Of a DNA stretch of 64,000 nucleotides, positions 13,870 to 27,783 are shown one piece after another. Both the position numbers and the translations under genes were made by a program. The number at the start of each line of letters is the position of its first letter. The stretch's first letter is position 1. Source of the stretch: Octopus vulgaris (taxonomy: Eukaryota); contig OX597818.1 in NCBI GenBank assembly GCA_951406725.2, positions 74,710,001-74,774,000 of the forward strand, written 5' to 3'. The notes beneath the pieces are model-generated. The model worked only from the letters and a program-made list of their open reading frames with translations, did not search any database and was not told where the DNA came from.

Positions 13870-14198
13870 AGTGGCTGTGTGGTAAGTAGCTTGTTTACGA
13901 ATCACTTGGTTCCACGTTCAGAGCCACTGCGTGGCACCTTCGGCAAGTGTCTTCAACTATAGTCTCGAGCCGACCAAAGCTTTGTGAGTGGATTTGGTAG
14001 ACGTAAACTAAAAGAATTCCGTCATATATAATATATATAGTTACGCCCCGGTAACTTAGCGGTTCGGCAAAAGAGAACGATAAAAAAAGTATTAGGCTAA
14101 CTAACAATATAAGTCCTGGGGTCGATTTGCTCGACTAGATGTGGTTCTCCAGCATGGCTGCAGTTAAATGACTGAAACAGATAAAAGAATAAAAGAAT
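13870..14198 (+). mobile_element. tRNA-derived bipartite SINE (family B)
   Basis: GTGGCTGTGTGGTAAGTAGCTTG...GTGAGTGGATTTGGTAGACG...(TA)n...CTTAGCGGTTCGGCAAAAGAG...CTCCAGCATGGCTGCAG...AAAAGAATAAAAGAA. Confidence 0.9.
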
Positions 14199-14419
<221 letters not shown>

Positions 14420-14628
14420 TTTTGTTTTTGATGTTATTGCTGATGCAATTGTTCTATCTGCCGATTCTTGAAAGAATGTACATTTTTAGTGCGTCAACAT
14501 ATTTGCATAAAATAAGAGAATTGTTCGTTATAAATAATACTTCATGAATCTGTTAATTTATTATTATTATTATTATCATTATTATCATCATCATCAGTTT
14601 TGTCAACAACAACAACAACAACAACAAC

Positions 14629-14670
<42 letters not shown>

Positions 14671-15229
14671 CATTAAATAACGTTTAAAGTTACATTTGAT
14701 GGTAAAAATGTCATTTTACTTTGCATTTGCATAGAGTTGTTTCTTGACAACTTCCTGGAGCAATGCTACTTTTAAGTCGATGAATTTAATGAGCTTGTTA
14801 ATTGTTCAGAAATTTGTGTTTTCTTTTGTTTTAACTATTGATGTTTTCCTTCTTGTCGTTGTATGTGTTGCTGTTGTTGTTGTTGTTGTTGTCGTCGTCT
14901 ATCTCTCTTTGTTAATATTTCAACATGTGTAAATCTTTAGAAACTTTTACATAATAAAGACCATTAGTACCGGCACAACCAGCTGAGTCCATCCGCCATA
15001 AATCTCAACGCCGTTGGAGAGAAACTCTCCGTTGCTGAGCAAAGTTTCTACTGACAAATACTTTATGTCAATATTTTTAAATACACGAAAGAAACTTGTT
15101 CTGAGATAAAATGAAAAGACGAATAGTTGCGGCCGATAGCTAATTGTTTGATGACGAATAATTACTTATTTTTTTAGAAAAATACATTAATCTTGTTTTA
15201 TAACTTTGCAAAGAAGTTTCCTCATTATC

Positions 15230-15625
15230 CTTCTTGTTTCAGTTACTGGACTGCGGTCACACCCGGCACCAACTTGCAAGTTTTAGACAAACAATTCGAC
15301 TCCAATACTTATTTAACATTTTAAGTTTGGTCTTTATCCTCTCGGCCCCTTTTACCAAACAGCTGAATTATGGGAACCTAAAGAAACCACCCGACACTGG
15401 TCATCAGTTGGTGGGAAACAAACACAAAGTCACAACTACACGAAACACCCACACATATATACGACGAGTTACCGTAGTTTCCGTTCAGGATATTCACTCA
15501 CAAGGCATTGATCGGATCGGACCTGTAGTAGAAGACATCTGCTCATAGTGCAGGATTGAAAGACTGAACCAGAAACCATTTGGTCGCAAAGCCTTTGCAT
15601 TTTAAACCATCTGTTGACTACATTT
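15230..15625 (-). mobile_element. SINE family B, degenerate
   Basis: Partial matches to family B motifs (GTAGAAGACA, ACTGAACC, CACTCACAAGGCATTG). Confidence 0.65.
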
Positions 15626-18121
15626 AATGAGCTGCCATAATATTCAGGCATAGCTTTCAATCTAAATTTTAAAGGATTCTATATACAAACGGCTATCTAT
15701 TTTTAAATAAATATTCTTATGAAATTATATCTGTAATGCAGGCACGTTTTACGGGTGTAAGCTAATTGTAAACACAAAATTAACCAAGCAGTAAGAATTA
15801 ATAAATTCTGAAGCACAAAAATATTTAACTACAGTAAAAGATGAATGATATAATTTATATATGTCGATCACTGGACTGCTGGGGTTCTGCTTTAAAGAGT
15901 TTAGACTGTTGCCAATTTCTCACAGAACGCATTAATCAACTTGAGGCAGTAGTAGAAGATACTTACCCAAGGTGATGTACAGTGGTATTGAAACCGTAGC
16001 CATGTATTTACCAAGCCAGCTCTTTAACCACACTGTCCTGCTCGCACCTATATGAATATATTATTCTGTAATGAAAGCCCGTTTCTGACCGTACAAATGA
16101 TATGTTTAATGATATCCTTGAAAGGAGCAGCATCGAAATATGTATTGTAAATGAGAAATTCTATACAGAAATGGCGGTGTACTCGGCTATAATTTATGCA
16201 CTGGGTACAGACAGGTTATGATGTAATAAAAGGGTCCCGTTTTAAAATTGATTCAGAGGAACACTGAAGCAAATGGTAACATTAAATGAAATCCGCATTA
16301 AACTAATTGCAGTTTATACTACGAGTAAAAATGAAAATGTGCTAGTACAACCGGGGAAACTTTTGGAGGAATATCTCAGACATGTTTGGTTCTTTTAATC
16401 AAAGATATGTTTGACGTACCAATAAATGGATAAATTTATAATGTGTCGTTCTATATTTCAATCTTTTACACACGGAGAACAGCAATGCTCAGGACCCTCT
16501 GTTTCGATTCTGAGACTGGTGTGGAATCCACTAAAAGCATATAAGCTATTGGTTGGTGATGTTAAAGTATGCGAAATATTGTGTAGGCCATATTGGAATT
16601 TCAAATCAAGAATCGGAACAACTATCTCATTACAACTGGCCCGATTTTCTTATAGTTTTGCTAAAGCACTGCAATAGATTAATGCTCAATGTGCGGAACC
16701 TGAATTGATGAAAGGCAATATTGACCTCGGCGCGATTTGAACTTCGGTCGAATATAGTCAGAATTAATGTCACGAGAGAATCTATGCAAAGCTCCAACAA
16801 CACTGGTGGTTTTCAGCCATAGTCATTAAACCATATACGTAAAGCTGTATTGCGGGGTGTAACTAGGGAACAGATGCATTAGCGTCCTCACAAATATGAG
16901 ATAATATTATAGAATTTAAAGACATTTCTTTGATCCTCAAATTGGAATATGGTAATACGTGATATCAAAAGGTACATGCGCCAATCGGAAAGTTGAAGTG
17001 AAAAGTTACATGGATATCAGCAGCTTTGGATTAATGGAAGAATTATCCCTCACTTCACAAGACTAAAATTTAATGAAACAGTCTAGTACACTCTGCAAAA
17101 CCGAAAAGACTTAAACTAGAATCGATGCTGAAGTATCTTAGTGAGTCTTTCAGTCAGATTGATCGATTTCGAAAGAGATTTTTGACAGCGATTAAACGAG
17201 AGATTGTTTGGTATAATACCAGGTGAAGCTTTAAAATACGTTATAGTTTGAGTGAATTTATAATCATTTAATAACTTGATGTCTAAAATGAATAAGTTAT
17301 TTGGGACATTTATATTTAAGTTTACACACACACAAACAAACACACACACATATATATATATATAAATATTTATATACAAATTGATAAGAAGACTTTATGT
17401 ATAAGTAGTTTAATGGTCATTTATTTATAAGTAAGTAGATAAGTAGATTCAAATGTAGGTGTCAAGAGATATCTACTTTCTAAGAATCGCGTATTGAAAA
17501 TATAGATGGTGAAATAGTGAAACTTTTGGTTGACTGACTTCGAGAGCATCAATTAGATTTAACCTGCTGCAGCAAAGTATTTCACATACCATGAACCACT
17601 ACATTAATCACGTCTCACCATCTGAATGCAGGGAAGCATCATTCACTAGAAATATAAAGGAAACATTATTTTTGTCTGTGACACTTTTCTTCATGAGCCT
17701 GAACGTATATTAATAATTCACATGAAACTAATCCAACTGCTTCTATCTATGAAGACATGTATGTAGTAAAATGTACTAATTTCCTTCTTGATATATTGTA
17801 ACATGTGTATCAATGTGTGTAAGGGAATGTGAGAAAATGTGGATGAATATGAAATGTCTATATTAGAATATAGGCATATGCTTATGTATATAATGGATAA
17901 TGATGTATATGCATGAGTGTTTAATATGAGGCTACATATATGAGTATACATTTGTATATCAACGTGCGTGTGTGAATTGATATGCTCGAAGAATAGATGT
18001 TCCAATGTATAAATGCACTTTCAGAGGTTTGGTACATATAGATGTATGTTCTTGTGCATACATTTAGATATGTTGTATTTAAACGATTAAATGCTACATA
18101 TATGTATATATCTGTATGCTA

Positions 18122-18167
<46 letters not shown>

Positions 18168-18324
18168 GTGTATGTGCGTGTCTGTGTGTGTGCGTGTGTG
18201 AGCGTGTGTGCATATATATAGATAGGTATATGAGTTTTTCTTCGCTTTCTTTTAATTTAGATTAAATTTTGAACGCCCTCCGACTTCGTAGGAATTTGTG
18301 AAGGAAAGTATGTTGATTTAACTG

Positions 18325-18700
18325 TCATTCAAATCTTAAGAAGTTATTGGAGACTTTTATAGTCTCAGATGTAGTGATCATTTCTAGTGTATGTATTAAG
18401 GATTTGCATTCTGTTCCCAATATGCCAAGTTCAGCTTTACTTTGCCCCAGACAAGTTAGTTTGTATCCTGTTGGTCCAATAATAAGGGGTATAAAGCTGA
18501 AAGTGTATCTTGAGTAAACGATGTACAAACCTTCATCAACGTTCCTTAGATGGCCTCATCATCTTTTATTTTTCTAATCACATTCGTGTCAATTGGGCTG
18601 CTGAATTCCACTACAGAAAATCTCTTGTGTTTTGTGGTCCCATACAACGATATCTGGCCGATTGTGCTTTAACTTGGTAGCTGTTTAAATTTTCAACTTC
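18325..18700 (-). mobile_element. Restriction-like endonuclease (RLE) fragment of a non-LTR retrotransposon
   Basis: The minus strand gives LKHNRPDIVVWDHKTQE..VVEFSSP.D (PD..D/E motif) and FIPLIIGPTG. Confidence 0.75.
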
Positions 18701-19384
18701 TAACAGTCTCAGTATGTATTTGTATATGTATATGCAAATGTAGGTATGAATGTATAATGTATATGTGTGTGAATCTTGTATCGTTTATCCCTCATTAGTT
18801 TCAGCCATATACATATATGTGTGTGTGTGAGCGTGTGTTTCTCTGTCTGTGTGTGTCTGTGTCAGTGCCTGTATGTATCTGAATGTGCGTGCGTGTCTGA
18901 TGGACTCTCACGTCGAAGAATTTTATGTGTGTTCAGCTTTTGCGGAACGATCTGCACAAATGATTTGTATATAATGATGAAATGCTCGCACATTAGCTTA
19001 ACTCACTCTCTCCATCAAAGCGACCTTCTCTGAACAGGTTCAAATTCTCGGCTCCAAGAGCACCCTCTCTGTGTGTTGCGACCTGGCGTTAGTAGTAGCC
19101 ACTGAGTTTATGAAAGGTGCGTTGTTCCTGAAGGACAGTTGACAAATTGCCTTGAATGTGTAGATATAGTGGAATGCTGATGCTACTGCCGTTGAAGTGG
19201 TTGCTGTTTTAAAGAGAATAGCATTTGATTGCTTATTACTGTTGCTTATTACTTGTTGTTCTTAGTTGACCTTTATAAAACGACCCATACGTACCGATAC
19301 ATAGTTGTTCACATATACATCCATATACATACACTAATGCAGGTACACATACATACACATACATATGCACATATATGTATATAT

Positions 19385-19426
<42 letters not shown>

Positions 19427-19949
19427 GTAGATACATAGATCCATGTATAGTAAACATACAGGTACGCATACGTACATATAGAAATACAAGCAAAAATGGA
19501 TAGGGGAAGGGGGAGAAGGAGAGAGTTCACTGAATTATTATTATCATTCTACAGTGTTGTTTCTGGAAAATGAAAATTTGGCGCGGTGACAACATCTTGG
19601 GATCTTCTTGGTATGCTTCTTTACCAAGTTTTCGTTATTTATCTTAATGCACAAGGTTTCGTCAAGGTACATAAAACGGATAATATATTATATGGGTGTG
19701 CTTTTCTCATTATTGACCATTCTATTTCATATTTTATTTTCCCTTGTTTTAAGATCCATTTTTTCAATTATCTATTAACACACGACAGAAGTTCAAACGC
19801 CAAACTGAAAGTACGTATAAAACTAATACTGGATAGTACGGGGTGAAATCTGAAGGACGACGCGCTAATACGTTCTTAATAGTCTTAACAGAAAATATTA
19901 TAAGTATATATATAAACATATATATTCCAACACATAATAATAATCATAA

Positions 19950-21770
19950 TCATACAAACATGTCTATGGCTTGGATTAACTTTAAGAAGGCATAAGATAT
20001 GATGCCTCATTCTTGAATCGTTGAATGCCTGTTTGGTGTTGCTCACAACATCACAAATTTCCTGGTGCATAGCATGAAAAAGTAGAAAGCCAAATTGTAC
20101 TCAAGTTACGTATCCCTTGCAGAAGTTCACATTAAAACAGGGACCCGTTTTGTCCGTTACTTTTTGTATTTTGAACTAATACCTATAACAATGACAATTA
20201 GGAAAGTTAAGATGGGTTGCTGAGGTGGGAAGAAAGGCCCATCATTGAAGCATCTGTTAATGGATAATCTGAAATTGTTTGGGAAATCTGATAATCAGAT
20301 TCCTTAGCCAAAACAGTCCGGAAATGTGGTAGGGAGATCGGTATGGAATTTGGGATCACCAAATGCTCAGTACATAGTATGACAAGACGGGATAAAGTAG
20401 GTTGCAGGTGATTGCGGTTACCATCAAGAGAGACCATGGGTGAACGCGACGGTAATGGGTAAATATTTAGCGATTTTGGAGCTGGATGACATTCTACACA
20501 GAGAAATGAAAGTCAAGATCAACGAGGCGTATCAGAAAAGTTTGAAGATGGTGTTGAAATCCAACCTGAATGCCAAGTACTTGATTACCGCAATGAATGT
20601 CTGAGCAGTTGCTGTGGTCAGATATAGTGCGTTCAACCTCAAATAGACTAAGGCGGAAACATCAACACTGAATAGAGGGACGAGAACATTGATGACTCTG
20701 CATGGGGCGCTACACCCTAACGCAAACGTAAACATACTGTATATGAAAAGAAAGAATGGTGGCAGAGCACTAATTAGTATAGACCATTATGTAAGGAATG
20801 AAAGGAGAAGGCTTGCCGAGTATTTGATAAATAGTGATGAAGACCTGCTGCAATATGCCGCTAAAGATATGGATGTAAATGCAGATGAAATGATGTGCAA
20901 GGTGGAGTTTAACCAAAGAGCTGAGGAGAAGAGAAAAGAAGACCTTCTTGAAATGAGAATGCATGGATAGTTTGAAAGGAAAACACAAGACGTGAAGGAT
21001 AATGCAGCATCATGGTCATGGCTTGAGCGAGGTGATTTGAAGCGTACCACCGAAAGCCTGATCATTGCTGCACAAGATCAAGCTCTCGCTACCAATTCAG
21101 TGAAGTATAACATCTAAAAAAACTTCTGACACCCAGAAATGCAGACTCTGTGGAAAGAGTGTGGAAAATGTGTCCCACTTGGTAAGTGGATATGAGAACA
21201 TTGCACAAAAGAGTACAAACGCCGCCATGACAAAATATGTGTGTATCCTCATTGGTTCTTATGCCATAAATGCCAATATGAAGTAACAGAGAACTGGTAT
21301 GAGCATGTACCAAGTAAAGTTATGCAAGGAGGAGGAAAAGTAACGATACTCTGGGACTGATTTTCAGACGGATCGTGTAATCGAACACCGTCGGCCGGAT
21401 ATTGTCATATTGAATAAAAGAGACAAATACTGGTAGATCATTGATTTAGCTATATCAAATGACATGAATGTTGGGAGTAAAGGGGTTGAAAAAAATCACC
21501 AAGTGGAATTAGCAAGACTCTATTGAATGCGAGAGGGTAATGTAAAAGTGATACCAGTGGTGATCGGTGCGTTGGGTTCAATCCCATTGAAACTTCAATA
21601 CTTCTTAAGGCAACTGGAAATCCCATGCAAGATTGATGTCTTGCAAAAAGCAGCCTTATTGGGCACAGCGCAAATCTTAAGGAAAGTATTATCTGTCTGA
21701 GGTCCTTGTTGTGACTTGACAGATGACTAAAGACTCCAGTGCCTTTTTACCTACACTGTGTTACGAAAGA
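19950..21770 (+). mobile_element. 5'-truncated R4/Dong-clade non-LTR retrotransposon (RT + CCHC + RLE), pseudogenised
   Basis: Motifs: MAWINFKKA*DMMPHS, SPLLF, HLLMDNLKLF, GMEFGITKC, HGALHPNANVNILYMKRKNGGRALIS, ESLIIAAQDQAL, CRLCGK..E..SHLVSG, YKRRHD, HRRPDIV, IPVVIGALG, LQKAALLGTAQILRKVL*. Ends in (TAA)n. Confidence 0.92.
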
Positions 21771-21788
21771 ATAATAATAATAATAATG

Positions 21789-21853
<65 letters not shown>

Positions 21854-22258
21854 CTTTACTCTTCTACTCTTTTACTTGTTTCAGTCATTTGACTGCGGCC
21901 ATGCTGGAGCACCGCCTTTAGTCGAGCAAATCGACCCCGGGACTTATTCTTTGTAAGCCCAGTACTTATTGTATCGGTCTCTTTTGCCGATCCGGTAAGT
22001 GACGGGGACGTAAACACACCAGCATCGGTTGTCAAGCAATACTAGGGAGACAAACACAGACACACAAACACACACATATATATATATATATATACGACAG
22101 GCTTCTTTCAGTTTCCGTCTACCAAATCCACTCACAAGGCATTGGTCAGCCCGGGATTATAGCAGAAGACACTTCCCCAAGATGCTACGCAGTGGGACCG
22201 AACCCGGAACCATGTGGTTGGTTAGCAAGCTACTTACCACACAGCAACTCCTGCGCCT
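21854..22258 (-). mobile_element. tRNA-derived bipartite SINE (family B), best-preserved copy
   Basis: GGCGCAGGAGTTGCTGTGTGGTAAGTAGC head, GGGTTCGGTCCC B box, internal (TA)n(TG)n, 3' tail GAAACAAGTAAAAGAGTA. It lies within a (TAA)n array. Confidence 0.92.
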
Positions 22259-22259
22259 A

Positions 22260-22330
22260 TAATAATAATAATAATAATGATTATGATGATAATGATGATA
22301 ATGATGATGATGATGATGATCATCATCATC

Positions 22331-22364
<34 letters not shown>

Positions 22365-22387
22365 TAATAATAATAATAATAATAATG

Positions 22388-22453
<66 letters not shown>

Positions 22454-22732
22454 TTAATGATAATGATGATAATGAAAATAAACCTAATTACATTTGGTAC
22501 ATACCCTTATGCTATGAATATGAAGACAAAATTAATTAAACAATTATATAGATTAATTGAGAAGCCTTTCAACGTGAATAAAAAATATAGGCAAATAAAC
22601 AATACAAATAATATCAGGATGGCTCATTGCGTAACCAAAAATTTATTTCCAATAGTTCCATCTTTAAATAACAGAATGTAGGAAACTTCTATAATAACAA
22701 AACTGGCAATAATAATAATAATAATAATAATG

Positions 22733-22773
<41 letters not shown>

Positions 22774-22796
22774 ACTGGCAATAATAATAATAATAA

Positions 22797-22827
<31 letters not shown>

Positions 22828-23010
22828 AAGAAGAAGAAGAAGAAGAAGAAGACGAAGAAGAAGGAGAAGAAGAAGAAGAAGAAGAAGAAGAAGAAGAAGA
22901 AGAAAAGAAGAAGAAGAAGAAGAAGAAGAAGAAGAAGAAGAAGAAGAAGAAGAAGAAGAAGAAGAAGAAGAAGAAGAAGAAGAAGAAGAAGAAGAAGAAA
23001 AAAGAAGAAG
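22260..23010. repeat. (TAA)n/(TGA)n and (TAA)n-(GAA)n microsatellite arrays
   Basis: Direct observation. Includes a local tandem duplication carrying ACAAAACTGGCA. A similar TAA-to-GAA array is at 47005-47170. Confidence 0.97.
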
Positions 23011-23327
23011 AATTAAAGATGTGGAAAAGATAACTCAAATGGTCTGAGTAAATTTGTTTTTGTTAAATATAAGTAGGTTTCAATTATTTCATTAGTATTG
23101 ATAATTTATAAATCTGACTGATTTTTTAATTCATGTTAATTTATATCAATATGCCATTAATATATCTTTAGAACTAATATTTATACTGTTGACATAAATT
23201 AGATAAGGTTAGTCATGATACGAATAAATTATTTTAATCATTTAATTAATGACATTATTGGTTATAAGTATGTAATATAAGTCATTAGGTTTATATATAT
23301 ACATGTATGTGTATATGTATTTATGTA

Positions 23328-23403
<76 letters not shown>

Positions 23404-23974
23404 AAATTTTTATTTCCCGTAAATTACTTTTGAATACACATAAAATTTTAGCCTGTACACATGTGAGTACACTTTTTGCAAGATATAACTAGATTTCTAA
23501 TATTTCATTAATATAAATAAATAATAAAATCTGACTGTGTTTGCAAGTTATTCATTTAGTTGATAGCAATATCTTATTAATATATATGTTAGTACTAATA
23601 TCTATACGGAGGATATATTTGAGATAAGGGATAGTCATTATATGGAATAAATCAGTTTTTTTTTTATGTCATTTTTAATTATTTACTCATAGAATTTTTT
23701 GCTATAAATATAATTATGTTCATATATATGTATATTATATAAATTATATTGTAGGATATGATAGTTTATTTTAAGAATCTTTATTATATTGTATTTCTTT
23801 TTCTCTTAAATTGTTTTGCAACATTGGTGAGAAATGTGTGTGTGTGTGTGCGTGTGTGTGTATATTTGTATATATGTATATATATATAAATATGTCACAA
23901 TGTGTCTATGTATGTATGTATATATGTATGTATTTGTATGTATATTTATATGTATGTATATATGTATATGTATG

Positions 23975-24045
<71 letters not shown>

Positions 24046-24431
24046 TGTATGTATGTAGTGAAAGATATGTCAGAGGTAATTTACCATATAACAGTTAGAT
24101 GTACCCATAGCCACACCTAGTTTTACCTCAGTATGTATGGTCCTTGTTATAAGGTATATGTTAGTAGGTAATTTAAAGGTAATATTCATATATATAAAGA
24201 CGATAAGAAATGGAGCAATAAACAGTGAGAAGTGGATCGTTGGTGTTATAAAGTCATTATTTAATTAAGAAGAGGTGTATGCTTACAGCTGCTTCAGTAT
24301 ATCAAGCTAGGGTAAATTTGCATTTACCTCGCTGCAATTATTAGACATCATCGGAACGATTATATAGCAAAGATAAATAGAAGGAAAATATAAAGTAAGT
24401 ATATATATATATCTATATATATCTATATATA

Positions 24432-24952
24432 CCGTAAATCCTCGAGTATAATCCCCCCTATTTTCCCCAAAATTTAAATGTTAAAATGCCTAGTGCGTGA
24501 TATATGCGAGGTTAAAAATGAAAAATATTTGCTAAGCAATGTCCGAGTCTCTATTTGCCGTCCGGTTTTGTTCGGATGCATTTTGTGAAGTCGGGTGCGA
24601 AATTACCTTAAGTTAAGTCTGAAAGCAATGAAGTTACAAAAGAATCATCCATAACTTGCAGTAAGCAACATTTATAAAAAATAATAGTTTTCAGAACACA
24701 GAATAACTTGTAAAAAAAATAACGATTTGCAAACATATTCACATTCCCGTATAACATTTAAGAACATCACCATTATTGTTTTACGCATGCGCGGAAGTGT
24801 TTGTTCGACTAGGTTCTGATGGCTTAATTACACACGACTCAAGTTAGAGAAGGGGTGCGTATTATACACAAGGTTTAGGTTTTTCAGAAGTACTGCCCCC
24901 TAAAATCCCCTGCGTATTACACTCAAGGGGGACTATACTCAAAGATTTACGG
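24432..24952. mobile_element. Non-autonomous pogo/Tc2-like MITE
   Basis: TIRs CCGTAAATCCTCGAGTATA / TATACTCAAAGATTTACGG, TA on the left, subterminal TGCGTATTA repeats, no ORF. Confidence 0.8.
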
Positions 24953-24955
24953 ATA

Positions 24956-25019
<64 letters not shown>

Positions 25020-25159
25020 ATTTCCTACCGAAATGCATTGCGAATAAGCCCGCCATTTTCATAGATATGTAAAGATAAATATTCGTACATGCTACGACGA
25101 ATTCTGCGGTTGGCTGTCGGGTTTGTAATGTTATGTTTTTTCTTATATGTCTTGAGTTT

Positions 25160-25223
25160 GTCGCACTGATGAGCATAGAATGCATATTCTGCATTAATTG
25201 CGAAATCACAGGTGATATGTAAC
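25160..25223 (+). ncRNA. Putative type I hammerhead ribozyme
   Basis: gtcgca-CTGATGA-gca[...]tgc-GAAA-tcac-ag-gtga-TA-tgtaac. The core is intact, helices II and III pair, and helix I has one mismatch and one G-U. Confidence 0.7.
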
Positions 25224-25352
25224 TAAATTTCTTTATTTTAAATGACTTGCTTTGAAGTTTTCCATTCGGTACAATTTGTTTATTTTAGTAGTTTTGACCG
25301 CAAGGGTCCCTCCTAGCGTGCGGTATCTATGAATAGTAGTACCCTCTATATA

Positions 25353-25390
<38 letters not shown>

Positions 25391-25681
25391 TAATTCTTTT
25401 TATCCTTATGTTCATTTTTTTATATCTAAATGTTCATATTTTCATATTTGTGGATATTTATCTACCTATTACGGTTTATGTCTGTATATATGCATATGAT
25501 AGTAGATATGTTAGTGGGTTATGTGTGTGTTTGCGCATATGTTGTGTATTTATGTAAATAAATTTATATGTGGGAGTATCTAATTTTACGTATAAATATG
25601 TGTGTGTATATATGTTTTTATATTTTTTACATATGTTTACGTGTATGTATATATGTGTGCATATTGATGTGTGCGTGCATA

Positions 25682-25742
<61 letters not shown>

Positions 25743-25772
25743 GTATATGTATGGATATTTATGTATGCATTC

Positions 25773-25857
<85 letters not shown>

Positions 25858-26979
25858 TGTTTGGGTGGGTATATGTTTAACTATTTTTCAGCCAAATTTG
25901 AATAGATGAAATAACTTTATTTACGATCTATATATTTTTTATACCTTTGCTTTCTACTTCATTTATGTTCGGTATAGGTGTATGTATAATTAGTATATAT
26001 GAATATATATATTCTTATAATTAACATTTAAAAGGTACATATTTTAATAGTTTTATTCATTAATTATCTTCTATCTGATTTTCACTCATTCTAAATATCG
26101 CTTAATAATTGACCATACATTTTTGTTGTATTTACCTCAATTCCTCCACATCTAGTATTTCCCTCTTCTTCTAACCGAATCTATCTATGGAAGCGCATAA
26201 TTTCTTCTATTTTCTAAGTTTCCTTAATATCATAGTATCACCTCAATCTTTACCTTCGTTTCTCTTCCTATGAATTGATAATTTTAATTACTTTTATCAA
26301 TTTAGTAAATTAACCGTGCTTAGCCTTGTATCTGTGTTTGTACATATATATATATATGTATGTGTATGTGTGTGTGTTTATGCATGTATGTATGTATGCA
26401 TGTATGCATGTATGCATGTATGTATGTATGTATGTATGTATGTATGTATGTATATATATATATGTGTGTGTATGTGTGTGTTTGTGTGCGTAAATGAGTG
26501 TACATGTATATGTGCATGTGTGTAAATATGTTTATATGGAATACTTAATTATTTCATTTCTCTACTCCTATAATTTAATAACCGGTCTATTGTTTGTTTA
26601 TATATCACCATTATTCATATTTTTGCATGGGTATGTCTGCATTATTATTATAATCATTTATATTAATTTATGACTATAACTTTTTTTTATAAATGTATCT
26701 ATTTTCATTCAGGTATATATTTCTAACTTTAATAGTACACCGTATTCTTTTTAATGATTTTATTTTATTTTACATATGATAAATTTCCTTGTATGTTCTT
26801 ACCTGAAGATATTCTTGTTTATAGTAATTAACTAAATTGATTTGGTTAAATTAAAATAAATTTGCTTGATTGTATTCTGCACGTGATAAATTGAAACAAT
26901 GGTAGAACTCGTCTTGTTAATGTATTAATAAAATGTTATGAATCTTATCTCCATCTTTTCTCGTTTTTTTTAATAATAT

Positions 26980-27099
<120 letters not shown>

Positions 27100-27178
27100 T
27101 GAACACTATCAACGCGAAAAGTACGTGCATGTATATGTGCATGAAACTTAAATTCAACTGTTTGCAACTATATGTATA

Positions 27179-27601
27179 CTAGCAGAATTGCCCGGCGATG
27201 CTCGGGGCTGAATTGCTTGAAAGTACTGTTAATGATTGCACTGAATTATGATGATTATTCAGGCAAATATTGATATAAGTTTACGGCGAATGAATGTATT
27301 TGTAAGTGTATAGAAGGCCGTGTAAAGGAGTTCCTACCCCCTCGTAGAATGGTGTAAGAATTGAATGCGAGGTTGCCTTGAAAAGAGCCATGTTATTTTT
27401 CTCATAATTGTAAGAATTTGATAGTCGTGGAAGGCGGTGTAAAACGTTTGCAGGTGAATAGGGTCTCTTCGATTTCCACGAACGGCAGCGGGTGTGTTGT
27501 TACAAAACTTCATGCTGTGTTAAAAGAGAATGGATGCCCTATATAGGCAAGAGGGGAATGAAGCATGGGTAAGTAAATATGGGTAATTTATAAAATATAG
27601 A
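27179..27601 (-). mobile_element. Non-autonomous Helitron-like element
   Basis: The minus-strand 3' end is CCCGAGCATCGCCGGG (hairpin) + CAATTCTG + CTAG|T. A candidate 5' TCTATATTTTATA is at 27601. Confidence 0.65.
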
Positions 27602-27654
27602 ACACGCATGTATATATATATATATATATGTATGCCTGTATATATGTACAAAAT

Positions 27655-27783
27655 CCACTGAGAAGGCTTTTGTTGGTCTGAAGCTACAGCAGAAGACACA
27701 TGCCAAGTCACCACACAGTGGAACTGAACCCAGGACCATGTGTTTGGAACGTAGTTTGTTACCACACAGCCACACCTGCCCCT
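27655..27783 (-). mobile_element. SINE family B, 5' half
   Basis: GGCAGGTGTGGCTGTGTGGTAAC...CCTGGGTTCAGTTCCACTG...GTGTCTTCTGCTGTAGC. Confidence 0.8.
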
